The notes: a model not told the origin generated them from the letters alone. A stretch of 28,495 nucleotides of DNA from Abditibacteriaceae bacterium (GCA_031372065.1 JANMKN010000019.1:1-28495), one strand, 5' to 3'. Shown: positions 16,599 through 25,178, counted from the first letter of the stretch. A program made the numbers and translations.

Positions 16599-17525
16599 TC
16601 AACTTAAAATCGCTGTAGCCTGCGCGATGTCGCTTTTTATTTGGGCAACTAACGCGTCTAAATTGGGGAATTTTTGTTCGGCGCGCAAACGCGTGATAAG
16701 TTCGAGGCGCGCTTGCGCGGGCGGCGTTTCAATTGCTTCACCGATGACGTGAAACTCAATTGTTTGCGTTAAACCGTCCACTGTCGGACGCACGCCGATA
16801 TTCAAAGCGGCGCGATGAAAAATCGTTTCTTCATCGAAAAAGGCGCGCACAGCATAAACGCCGTTTTGCGGCAAGACTTTGCGCTGATTTGGCTTGATGT
16901 TTATCGTCGGCACGCCAATTTTGCGGCCTAATTGCTGTCCGCTGACGACTTCTCCGGCCAGAGAAAAAGGATGTCCTAAAAGGCGCGCGGCGGTTTCGAC
17001 TTGCCCACTTTCCACATCTTCGCGCACCCGCGTTGAAGAAATTGAGCGTTCTTCATCAAGCAGTTTTTCTTCGAGAACAACAACTTCAAAATCCAATTTG
17101 TTGCCCAAATCACAGAGCGCGTTCACGTCGCCTTCGCGCCCCCGTCCGAGCGCGAAATCTGGCCCGATAACGAGCAGTTTTACACCGAGATTTTGCACCA
17201 AGGCACTGCAAAATTCGCGGGCACTTTGCCGTGCGATACTTTCGTCAAACGGCACAATGAAAAGATGGTCAAGGTTCAAAGGCGCAAACGCCCCAATTTT
17301 TTCCTGTGGCAGCGTCAGCAAATGCGGGCAATCGTCCGGCTTAAAATAGCAATACGGCATATCCTGAAACGTCAAAACCGCCGGCCTCAAACCGCGCGCT
17401 TGCGCTTCACGATTCAGCCTGCGAATCAGCGTTTGATGCCCACGATGCACGCCATCAAATGTGCCAATGGATAAAGCCAAGTTTTGTGTAAGCGGCGTGC
17501 GCGGCAATTCGTAATAAACGTGCAT
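16599..17525 (-). CDS. ribF: Bifunctional riboflavin kinase/FAD synthetase
   Basis: GTFDGVHRGH, GPDFALG, ISSTRVR, GQQLGRKIGVPTIN, NIGVRPT and IEFH. Canonical position after truB. Confidence 0.96.
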   Translation of the reverse strand: MHVYYELPRTPLTQNLALSIGTFDGVHRGHQTLIRRLNREAQARGLRPAVLTFQDMPYCYFKPDDCPHLLTLPQEKIGAFAPLNLDHLFIVPFDESIARQSAREFCSALVQNLGVKLLVIGPDFALGRGREGDVNALCDLGNKLDFEVVVLEEKLLDEERSISSTRVREDVESGQVETAARLLGHPFSLAGEVVSGQQLGRKIGVPTINIKPNQRKVLPQNGVYAVRAFFDEETIFHRAALNIGVRPTVDGLTQTIEFHVIGEAIETPPAQARLELITRLRAEQKFPNLDALVAQIKSDIAQATAILS

Positions 17526-17541
17526 TGGCAGTGGGCGGGGC

Positions 17542-18435
17542 TTAGGTGTCAGAGTTTAAAAATAAAACTTTCTCTGCTTTATAAAATTTCCCCTGCGCGA
17601 CGGCGACGGCAGCAATGCTTCGAGAGCGATTCAAAAACACCACCAGCGGTGCAGTGTCAGCGGTAATTTCAGGGCCACGTTTGCCTTGTGATAAATCGTG
17701 CGCTGCGTCGTCGTTTTCAATCATTGGAAAGTCGCAGAATTGTAATGTTTCCTGCATCGGCAACAAAGCACTTTGCGGATGAGCGGCAATTTCTTCCAAA
17801 GTCACCGCATTTTCCAGTGTAAAATGGCCGCTTTGTGAGCGGACCAAAAACGTCATCGTGGCGCCGCAATTTAAAGCGCGGCCCAAATCGCGAACAAGGC
17901 TGCGAATATAAGTGCCGCTCGAACATTCGATGTGTATCATCGCGCGTGAGCGCTTTTTATCTTCGAAAAAATGCGTTGGCAAAACTTCGTGAATCGTCAC
18001 GCGGCGCGGCGTCAGTTCGCTTTCGTCAATTTTTCCGGCGCGGGCTAAATCATACAGTTTTTGGCCGTCTTTTTTGATCGCCGAATACATTGGCGGAATC
18101 TGATCAATCTCGCCGCGAAAAGCAGCTAACTCGCCGCGAATGTTTTCCAAATTCACAGCACTGGCGTCTTTTTCTGAAATAACTTTTCCGACGCCATCAA
18201 GCGTGTCAGTTTCAAAACCAAAAGTCGCTTCGGCGATATAGGTTTTGCGGCCCGCTTGCAGATATTCGACAAGGCGCGTGGCCTGCCCGACGCAAATCGG
18301 CAAAACGCCCGCTGCTGCCGGGTCAAGCGTGCCAGTGTGCCCGACACGCTTGATTTTCAAAGCGCGCCGCACAAATGCAACCGCATCATGGCTGGTCATA
18401 CCAGGCGGCTTGAGCAAATTAATAACGCCGTGCAT
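17542..18435 (-). CDS. truB: tRNA pseudouridine(55) synthase (start moved to ATG 18435)
   Basis: KPPGMTSHDAV, VGHTGTLDP.A.GVL, QIPPMYSAIK.DG..LY.LAR and CSSGTYIRSL..DLG. Confidence 0.97.
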   Translation of the reverse strand: MHGVINLLKPPGMTSHDAVAFVRRALKIKRVGHTGTLDPAAAGVLPICVGQATRLVEYLQAGRKTYIAEATFGFETDTLDGVGKVISEKDASAVNLENIRGELAAFRGEIDQIPPMYSAIKKDGQKLYDLARAGKIDESELTPRRVTIHEVLPTHFFEDKKRSRAMIHIECSSGTYIRSLVRDLGRALNCGATMTFLVRSQSGHFTLENAVTLEEIAAHPQSALLPMQETLQFCDFPMIENDDAAHDLSQGKRGPEITADTAPLVVFLNRSRSIAAVAVAQGKFYKAEKVLFLNSDT

Positions 18436-18446
18436 TGGAGTGAAAA

Positions 18447-18842
18447 TCAGTTGATGAAACGAATGTTGAAAGGATAGCGATAAGTTTCGCCCTCGGAGGC
18501 TCGCATAGCCGCAGTAATGCCCCAAACTAAATGAGCAATGAACACCAAAGGCAATGCCACAATGCCGACAAACACCAAAACCGATAATCCAGCAACAGCA
18601 TAAGCAATGGTGATCGTGATCCCAAAATTTAACGCTTCACGACCTTGATCGTTTACAACAGGAAATTCGTCCTTTTTGAGCAGCCAAATCAATAGCGGCC
18701 CCAATATATGGCCCAAAGGCAGACCAATAAAAGCCGATAAACCGGCTAAGTGGCAGGCCATGGCCCAGTTACGCGCCAATTTTTCCTGCGGGTCAAGCGC
18801 AGGGCCAGACGGCGTTTGCGGTGAAGGAATCGGAGGTTGCAT
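18447..18842 (-). CDS. DUF4870 (Tic20-like) membrane protein
   Basis: NWAMACHL...GPLLIWL.KKDE...V.DQGREALNF.IT...GE.YRYPF.IRFI. Confidence 0.88.
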   Translation of the reverse strand: MQPPIPSPQTPSGPALDPQEKLARNWAMACHLAGLSAFIGLPLGHILGPLLIWLLKKDEFPVVNDQGREALNFGITITIAYAVAGLSVLVFVGIVALPLVFIAHLVWGITAAMRASEGETYRYPFNIRFIN

Positions 18843-18889
18843 AACCCGCAGTTTACTGAGCCATCATCGCCATTTCTCCAAAGCCAAAT

Positions 18890-19903
18890 TTATTTTTCGT
18901 CGCTTTCTTCAATCGCGCGTTGTGCGCCGCCATTTAGCCAGTCGTGTGCAGCAGAAATTGTTTTTGCGACGGCTTCGGCAAAAGGCAGATAGCGTATCCG
19001 GCAACCGGAGGCGGCAGCATGGCCGCCTCCGCCAAACTGCTTGCAAAATAGATCAGCGCGCAATTCCGGTTCGGCGCGCACGCTGATACGCGTCACTGGG
19101 CCGGTTTCGTCGCGACGTTCGCGCAAGATCACTGAAAACCGCGCGCCGCGCACGCTGCGCAGAAAATTCACCACGTTTTCACTGCCTTCGTCGCCGACTT
19201 CGCACGCTTCAAAATCGGCGCAACTGAGTGAAACCCACGTCAGGGCGCCTTCCAGTTCCGAATGCATTCGCGTCAGGCTATAGCCGAGCAATTTTGTGGC
19301 GCCCAACGTGCGTTCGTCAAACAAGCGAAAGGCCGTTTCGGCCACATTGGCGCCCAGTTGCACCAATTCCGCTGCGGCGTGCAGCGTAGCGGGCGTGGTG
19401 TTGGGAAAGCGAAAATGGCCGGTATCGGTGGAAAGACCGCACATCAAATTGGCAGCAATCGGCGGCGTGATTTCAATTTGCAAATGCTTGAGCAAATCGA
19501 AAATCATCAGCGCCGTGGCAGGTTGCTCGGCATCAATCCAGTTGACATCGAAAATCGGCTGGCTGGTGCGATGATGGTCAATCATCACTTTGAAACTTGC
19601 CTTTTCGACGAACTCATAAGGTGCAGCTAAACGGTTCGGTTCGCCGCTGCAATCGAGAATAAAAAAACACGGCGCCACGCGCGAAGGCTGTGTTTTTACG
19701 GTTTCCCAGCCCGGCACAAAACGACAGCCTTGCGGCACGCCATCGGTGGAAATAAATTCGACCCGTTTGCCCAGCGATTCCAGCGCCATTTTTAACGCCA
19801 AACCGCTGCCAATGGCGTCGCCGTCCGGCCCAACGTGCGCGGCAATTAAAAAACTTTCATGCTGCGCAATCGCGTCAGCAATGAGATCAAAAGGAGGGAG
19901 CAT
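18890..19903 (-). CDS. nrnA: DHH/DHHA1 phosphoesterase (nanoRNase A / pAp phosphatase); start moved to ATG 19903
   Basis: HVGPDGDAIGS, LDC, IDHH, TDTGHF and GGGGHAAASG. Canonical position after rbfA. Confidence 0.92.
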   Translation of the reverse strand: MLPPFDLIADAIAQHESFLIAAHVGPDGDAIGSGLALKMALESLGKRVEFISTDGVPQGCRFVPGWETVKTQPSRVAPCFFILDCSGEPNRLAAPYEFVEKASFKVMIDHHRTSQPIFDVNWIDAEQPATALMIFDLLKHLQIEITPPIAANLMCGLSTDTGHFRFPNTTPATLHAAAELVQLGANVAETAFRLFDERTLGATKLLGYSLTRMHSELEGALTWVSLSCADFEACEVGDEGSENVVNFLRSVRGARFSVILRERRDETGPVTRISVRAEPELRADLFCKQFGGGGHAAASGCRIRYLPFAEAVAKTISAAHDWLNGGAQRAIEESDEK

Positions 19904-19972
19904 AATGCGAAGTGCGAAGTGCAAAGTGCGGAATGCAAATCACTTCGCATTCCGCATTCTTCACTCCGCATT
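19904..19972 (-). repeat. Inverted array of tandem heptamers (A[A/G]TGCG[G/A] and its complement) filling the rbfA-nrnA junction
   Basis: mRNA strand: AATGCGG AGTGAAG AATGCGG AATGCGA AGTGAT TTGCATT CCGCACT TTGCACT TCGCACT TCGCATT-ATG. Confidence 0.9.
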
Positions 19973-20323
19973 TTTCTTAAGTTCCGGCAGCGAATTGAGA
20001 ATATCTTCAACGCTCATCGCGTTGTCGGTGCCGCCGTCGTAGCGGAAGGTGATGTCGGGCACGAGGCGGAGTTGCACGGCTTCGCCGATTTTCGAGCGGA
20101 ACATTGGTTTGGCACTCTGAAAAGCGCGTTCGGCATTATCGCGGTCTTCTTTTTCGCCGAGAACGGTGTAATAAATTTTGGCGTTTTGCAAGTCGCGCGA
20201 GACTTCAACGTGCGTAATCGTTACGTTGGCAAGGCGCGGGTCTTGAACTTCGGTGAGCAGCGTTTTGGAAACCACCGCGCGAATCGCTTCCGCCGCGCGG
20301 TCAGAACGAAAAGTTGTAGACAT
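19961..20323 (-). CDS. rbfA: Ribosome-binding factor A
   Basis: R.DRAAEAIR, DPRL..VTIT.VEVSRDL..AKIY and LRLVPDITF.YD. GGAG RBS. Confidence 0.96.
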   Translation of the reverse strand: MSTTFRSDRAAEAIRAVVSKTLLTEVQDPRLANVTITHVEVSRDLQNAKIYYTVLGEKEDRDNAERAFQSAKPMFRSKIGEAVQLRLVPDITFRYDGGTDNAMSVEDILNSLPELKKNAE

Positions 20324-20333
20324 AAGACTCCAA

Positions 20334-20615
20334 TTAGATTGTTTCCATCCGACAATCGGCTACATCGCAGCGAATGTCAGCTTCGACCATATCGCGGACA
20401 TGGTTCAAAACGGTATGAGCGATTTGGGCTTCGTTGGAAACCACGACAACGGCTAAAGTGGCGCGTTGCCAGAGATCATGATCATCAATTTGCGCCGCTG
20501 AAACATTGAAGCGAGCGCGCATTTTGTCGAGTATAGAATTCACCACCATGCGCTTGTCTTTCAAAGAATGCGCATCGTGAATGAAAAGTTCGAGAGTGAG
20601 AACGGCAATAAACAT
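20334..20615 (-). CDS. ylxP: DUF503 family protein (YlxP)
   Basis: SLKDKR.VV.SI.DK.R.RFNVS.A..D.HDLWQRA.L. Lies between infB and rbfA, as in Bacillus. Confidence 0.93.
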   Translation of the reverse strand: MFIAVLTLELFIHDAHSLKDKRMVVNSILDKMRARFNVSAAQIDDHDLWQRATLAVVVVSNEAQIAHTVLNHVRDMVEADIRCDVADCRMETI

Positions 20616-20703
20616 AGGTCTTTGGTTTTAGGCCTTGGGATTTAGGTTTGGACGAACACGAAAACCGAAGTCCCAAAACCTAAATCCCAAGACCTAAAAC
20701 CTA
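20616..20703 (-). repeat. Inverted array of tandem heptamers (TAGGTTT/TGGGATT and its complement) filling the infB-ylxP junction
   Basis: mRNA strand: TAGGTTT TAGGTCT TGGGATT TAGGTTT TGGGACT TCGGTTT ... AAACCTA AATCCCA AGGCCTA AAACCAA AGACCT-ATG. Confidence 0.92.
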
Positions 20704-23169
20704 ATCATCAATTGTTCGCTTGATCTGTTCCATGACGACGCCGATGATTTTGTCGCCTTCTTCAAAGCCATCCCATGCGTTGGACGAAATGCCGCATTCC
20801 TGACCAGCGGTCATTTCCTTGACAACGGATTTTACATGGCGCAGCGAATCAATTTTGCCTTCGTAAACTTTCTTGTCCTTACGAAAAACGCGCATAATCG
20901 AATTCCCGTAAATCTTGCCTTTCATCACCATGCAACCGGCGATGACGCCCGCTTTGGCACTTTTGAAGGTGGCGCGCACTTCGGCTTCGCCCGTTTCGCG
21001 TTCTTCGAAAATCGGCTTGAGCATACCTTCGAGCGCCGCTTTTACGTCGTTCAAGGCATCGTAAATCACGTTGTAAGTGCGAATTTCGATTTTTTCACGG
21101 TCAGCGAGACTGGCAGCCGAATTTTCGGCGCCGACAGCAAAACCGATAATAATCGCATCCGAAGCGGCGGCCAACATGACATCGCTTTCCGTCACGTTGC
21201 CGACACTGCGCGAAATCACTTTCACGCGCACTTCGTCGTGCGCCAATTTTTCGAGACTCTGACACAGTGCTTCGACTGAACCTTGACCGTCGGCTTTGAC
21301 GATCATGTTCATTTCTTTGACAGAGCCTTTTTTAAGTTGCGCGAAGAAATCTTCCAGCGACGCGCGACTGCGTCCGATTTGCCGCGCGGTTTTGGTGTCT
21401 TCGCCAAAAGCCATCGCTTGTTCGCGCGCTTCGCGGGCGCTTTCTACCGAACGCAAAGTGTCCGAAGCGTGCGGCACAGCCGACAAGCCCAAGAGTGAAA
21501 TTGGCGTTTTTGGGCCAGCCGATTCGAGCAAATCGCCTTTGTAATCATGCATGGCGCGCACGCGGCCAAAAACATCGCCCACCACAACATGATCGCCGAT
21601 TTTCAGCGTGCCTCGATGCAACAAAACCGTGGCAACCGGGCCACGTTGTGGGTCTTGGCGCGCTTCGATCACAGTGCCTTCGGCAAAGCCATCTACCACG
21701 GCTTTCAAGTCTTGAATTTCGGCTACCAGCAGCACCATGTCGAGCAGTTCCTGCACACCCTCGCCGGTTTTGGCTGAAACCGGCATCACAACGGTGTCGC
21801 CGCCATAATCTTCGGGAATCAGACCATTTTCGGCCAATTGCGCCTTGATACGATTGGGGTCGGCGCCCGCTTTGTCTATCTTGTTCATCGCCACGATGAT
21901 CGGCACTTTGGCGGCTTTGGCGTGATCCATCGCTTCGCGCGTTTGCGGCATCACACCGTCGTCGGCAGCGACAACCAAAATCGCGATGTCCGTAACGTGC
22001 GCGCCGCGCGCTCTCATGCGAGTGAACGCTTCGTGACCGGGCGTATCGAGAAACACGATGCGCTGGCCGTTGTGTTCGGTTTCGTAAGCGCCGATGCGTT
22101 GCGTGATACCGCCCGCTTCGCCAGTTTGCACATTGGCCGAGCGAATGGTGTCGAGCAGCGACGTTTTGCCGTGGTCAACGTGGCCCATAACGGTCACAAC
22201 TGGCGGCACGGACACCATGTCAGCGCCGCCGAGTTCGGCTTCGATGGACTTTTCCTGACGACTGGTTTGCACTTCCATGCCGTAACCGAATTGCGCCAAA
22301 AGCTGACCCGCTATATCCGTGCTAAGAGCCTGATTCGCGGAGCGCACGATGTTCATCATAAATAATTTTTTGATGAGCGTGGCGGGCGATTCCATCATCA
22401 GTTCCGCTAATTCGGCGATGGTGATGTCAGGCGTCACCGTCATTACGGTGCCGGGTGTGGGCTTTTGTGGTGCGTCATCGTCGAAGTTGTCAAAGCGATT
22501 GCCGCGTCCCCCGGCGCGAAAATCACGCCGTCCACGACCACCACGACCGCCACGGCCCCCGCGCCCGCCTCCACGAAAATCGCGTCCGCCGCGATTGCCA
22601 TACGAAGGGCTGGAAGAAGGAGTGGAAGGCGGAGGCGTCGCTCCTGTAGTGGCGCCTGTGGTAGCTCCTGTTCCCGCAGGAGCGCTGGGGCTGTTGCCTG
22701 ATGGTGCCGACGGTGTTGCCGGGCGCGGCGGTGTGGCGGGGCGTGCCGCTGGCGGCGCTGTGCGCGCTACTGGTGCCGATGGAATGTTACGCCGCGCGCC
22801 GGGGCCGCTTTTGGCGGGGCCTTGCACCACAACATCGGCGGCGATTTCTTTTACCTCACGAAAATCTTCGATGTGATCCGAAGCGACATCCGAGGTGTCT
22901 ACTTTCGTTTCCTGACGGGCGCGAAATTCTTCGGGACGAAACTTTTGGAAGGTCGGCGTCGGCGCAGGAGGGGGGGGCGGCGCTTCTTCCTGCGCGGCCT
23001 GCGGATTGTTGCGATTGGCGATCATTTGTTCCAATGACCGCGCGGCAGTTTCTTCAATTGAACTCGACGGCACCTTGCCGGTTATACCAATGGATTGCAA
23101 CATCTTTATCAACTCATTGGGCTGAACACCGAGTTTTTTGGCTTCTTCGTAGATACGAACTTTTGCCAT
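20701..23169 (-). CDS. infB: Translation initiation factor IF-2 (822 aa)
   Basis: VRIYE.AK.LG N-domain, [48 protein letters not shown] and the C-terminal domains. AGGAAG RBS. Confidence 0.98.
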   Translation of the reverse strand: MAKVRIYEEAKKLGVQPNELIKMLQSIGITGKVPSSSIEETAARSLEQMIANRNNPQAAQEEAPPPPPAPTPTFQKFRPEEFRARQETKVDTSDVASDHIEDFREVKEIAADVVVQGPAKSGPGARRNIPSAPVARTAPPAARPATPPRPATPSAPSGNSPSAPAGTGATTGATTGATPPPSTPSSSPSYGNRGGRDFRGGGRGGRGGRGGRGRRDFRAGGRGNRFDNFDDDAPQKPTPGTVMTVTPDITIAELAELMMESPATLIKKLFMMNIVRSANQALSTDIAGQLLAQFGYGMEVQTSRQEKSIEAELGGADMVSVPPVVTVMGHVDHGKTSLLDTIRSANVQTGEAGGITQRIGAYETEHNGQRIVFLDTPGHEAFTRMRARGAHVTDIAILVVAADDGVMPQTREAMDHAKAAKVPIIVAMNKIDKAGADPNRIKAQLAENGLIPEDYGGDTVVMPVSAKTGEGVQELLDMVLLVAEIQDLKAVVDGFAEGTVIEARQDPQRGPVATVLLHRGTLKIGDHVVVGDVFGRVRAMHDYKGDLLESAGPKTPISLLGLSAVPHASDTLRSVESAREAREQAMAFGEDTKTARQIGRSRASLEDFFAQLKKGSVKEMNMIVKADGQGSVEALCQSLEKLAHDEVRVKVISRSVGNVTESDVMLAAASDAIIIGFAVGAENSAASLADREKIEIRTYNVIYDALNDVKAALEGMLKPIFEERETGEAEVRATFKSAKAGVIAGCMVMKGKIYGNSIMRVFRKDKKVYEGKIDSLRHVKSVVKEMTAGQECGISSNAWDGFEEGDKIIGVVMEQIKRTIDD

Positions 23170-23220
23170 GTTTGACCACTTCCTTCCTGCTTCGTCCGGC
23201 CAAAATGCACCGCGACGGCA

Positions 23221-23511
23221 TTACTCACTATTGTCAGAGGCCGCCGAAACTTGCCTTAAATAACTGAGAATCTCAGTTATTAATGCGGCGCCCGCCGGTT
23301 TTTGTAATTTTAAAGCGCGCTGCAACGATTGGCGTGCCCACGCTTTTTCAACACACGCCGGTTCGTGGCATAAATACGCGCCACGCCCCGGAGCGCGCCC
23401 TTTGACATCAATTTGCGGCGCCTCGCCGCCTTGTGTAACGACGCGCAATAATTCGACCTGCGATTTTTTTGCGCCACACGCCACGCAAGTGCGCTGCGGA
23501 ATGTGTTTCAT
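23221..23511 (-). CDS. ylxR: YlxR/RnpM (DUF448) RNA-binding protein
   Basis: PQRTCVAC....ELLRVV and GRGAYLC....C. Follows nusA. Confidence 0.94.
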   Translation of the reverse strand: MKHIPQRTCVACGAKKSQVELLRVVTQGGEAPQIDVKGRAPGRGAYLCHEPACVEKAWARQSLQRALKLQKPAGAALITEILSYLRQVSAASDNSE

Positions 23512-23587
23512 AAGTGATGAGTGAAAAGTGAGAAGGGAAAAGTAACTACCTAAAACTTTTCACTTCTCACCCCTCACTTTTCACTCC
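23512..23587 (-). repeat. Inverted array of tandem heptamers (RRRGTGA / TCACTYY) filling the nusA-ylxR junction
   Basis: mRNA strand: GGAGTGA AAAGTGA GGGGTGA GAAGTGA AAAGT [11-nt loop] ACTTT TCCCTTC TCACTTT TCACTCA TCACTT-ATG. Confidence 0.92.
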
Positions 23588-25122
23588 TTTGCTGCTTCGA
23601 CTTCCGGCGTTTCTTCGACTGGGGCTTCGATTTTGGTTTCGGCTACCGTTACGGTTTCGGCTTCGGTCAAGGGAAACAACTGCTCGGCTTCGGCAGCGTT
23701 GCTTTGCGCCACAGCGATTTCCGCAGCGGTGTCGAAACTGCTGATGACCGACTCGGAACCTTCGGCTTCATTTACTGAAAACAGCCCAGAGAACTCGTCG
23801 TTTTTCGTAACGCGTTCGGCGACCACACGGCGCGGTGTGCGATCCAACTCGAACATACGCTTGGCTTGCTCTTCGGCGTATTGTTTTTCGGTGCGAATGT
23901 CAATGCGCCAACCCGTCAGGCGCGCTGCGAGACGCACATTTTGGCCTTGTTTGCCAATCGCCAGCGATTGTTGGTCTTCCGACACGATAACCGTTGCGGT
24001 GCCCAGCGCATTATCGCGTGGCGCTTCGCGTTCGCCGTCCTCATCGCGTTCGTCTCGTTCGTCGCGTTTTTCGTCACCGTGCGCGCTAAATTTCGGAGTA
24101 GCCTGTTCGGTGAGGATCACTTTGGTGATTTGCGCGGGCGAAAGGGCGTTGGAAATGTAAATAATCGGGTCGTTGTTCCAGCGCACGATGTCTACTTTTT
24201 CGTTGCCCAGTTCGTCCAACACTTTTTGCACGCGGCCTCCGCGTGGGCCAATGCAAGCGCCCACGGGATCAACATCGGGATTCTCCGCCGCGACGGAGAT
24301 TTTAGTGCGCTGCCCCGGTTCGCGCGCCACATTTTTCAGTTCGACGATGCCATCCGCGATTTCAGGCACTTCTAAGGTGAACATTTGGCGCACCAAACCG
24401 GGATGTGTGCGCGATACTTTGATGGCCGGGCCGCGCGGATTTTGGCGCACTTCCACGACATAAACATACAGTGCCTTGCCGATGGCGTAATGCTCGCCTT
24501 GCACCATTTCTTTGCGCGGCAAAACCGCTTCGGCCTTGCCAATGGTGATGATGACATCGCCGCGCTCCATGCGAGACACTGAGCCACGAAACATCTGGCC
24601 TGATTTATTAGCGTATTCGCTGGCGACTTGCACGCGTTCGGCTTCGCGCAATTTTTGCAAAAGCACTTGTTTGGCGGTTTGAGCCGCGATGCGTCCGAAA
24701 CCCGATGGCGTAACTTCGGTTTCGATGCCATCGCCCAAATTAATGGTGTCGTTTTGCAAGCGCGCTTCGCGCCACGCGATTTCGGTATTCGGATTCAAAA
24801 CGCGCTGCACCACCAGTTTTTGCGCGAAAACTTTGAATTCCTGCTGGGCAATGTTGGCCTCGACGCGCACCGCGCCAGTGCCGCCATAGGCTTTTTTATA
24901 GGCCGAAACTAACGCGCCCTCAATGCTGCCGATTAAGGCTTCCACCGGAATATTTTTTTCTTCTGCTACTCGTTTGAGCGCTTCCATTAACAGGCCACGT
25001 TCTTCGGCCTCGCGCTCGGCGGCTTTGGCCGCTGCTTTTTCAGCGGCTTTTGTCGTCTTCCCGGTTTTTGTCGCTGTTTTTTTCGTTTTTGTTGCCGTTT
25101 TTGTCGCTTCGTTTGTCGCCAT
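23581..25122 (-). CDS. nusA: Transcription termination/antitermination factor NusA (513 aa; start moved to ATG 25122)
   Basis: FGRIAAQTAKQV..QKLREAER, S1 domain, VSRTHP, LEVPEI, AREPG.RTKI.V, DPVGACIG.RG.RV and AIGKQGQNVRLAARLTGW.IDI. AAGGAG RBS. Confidence 0.98.
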   Translation of the reverse strand: MATNEATKTATKTKKTATKTGKTTKAAEKAAAKAAEREAEERGLLMEALKRVAEEKNIPVEALIGSIEGALVSAYKKAYGGTGAVRVEANIAQQEFKVFAQKLVVQRVLNPNTEIAWREARLQNDTINLGDGIETEVTPSGFGRIAAQTAKQVLLQKLREAERVQVASEYANKSGQMFRGSVSRMERGDVIITIGKAEAVLPRKEMVQGEHYAIGKALYVYVVEVRQNPRGPAIKVSRTHPGLVRQMFTLEVPEIADGIVELKNVAREPGQRTKISVAAENPDVDPVGACIGPRGGRVQKVLDELGNEKVDIVRWNNDPIIYISNALSPAQITKVILTEQATPKFSAHGDEKRDERDERDEDGEREAPRDNALGTATVIVSEDQQSLAIGKQGQNVRLAARLTGWRIDIRTEKQYAEEQAKRMFELDRTPRRVVAERVTKNDEFSGLFSVNEAEGSESVISSFDTAAEIAVAQSNAAEAEQLFPLTEAETVTVAETKIEAPVEETPEVEAAKE

Positions 25123-25178
25123 CGTTGCTCCTTCTACTTGGTTTCCGCCGGTTTTTCGTCCGCCCCCTCTTCGGAGGC

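Noticed and set aside
18436..18525. Longer truB start from the ORF track
   Set aside because: It overlaps the DUF4870 gene, and TruB homology begins at MHGVINLLKPPG (ATG 18435).
19904..19963. TGA read-through or selenocysteine recoding fusing rbfA to nrnA (same frame, hairpin after the TGA)
   Set aside because: A second in-frame TGA occurs 21 nt later, and both proteins are complete on their own.
20616..20703. Heptamer hairpins as ordinary intrinsic terminators or IS/MITE ends
   Set aside because: There is no U-tract after the stems on the mRNA strand (they end at an ATG), they lie inside a conserved operon, and I see no target-site duplication or transposase.
23512..23583. TGA read-through fusing nusA to ylxR (same frame)
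   Set aside because: An in-frame TGA recurs 21 nt downstream. The infB/ylxP element is also out of frame, so frame preservation is not a shared property of the three elements.
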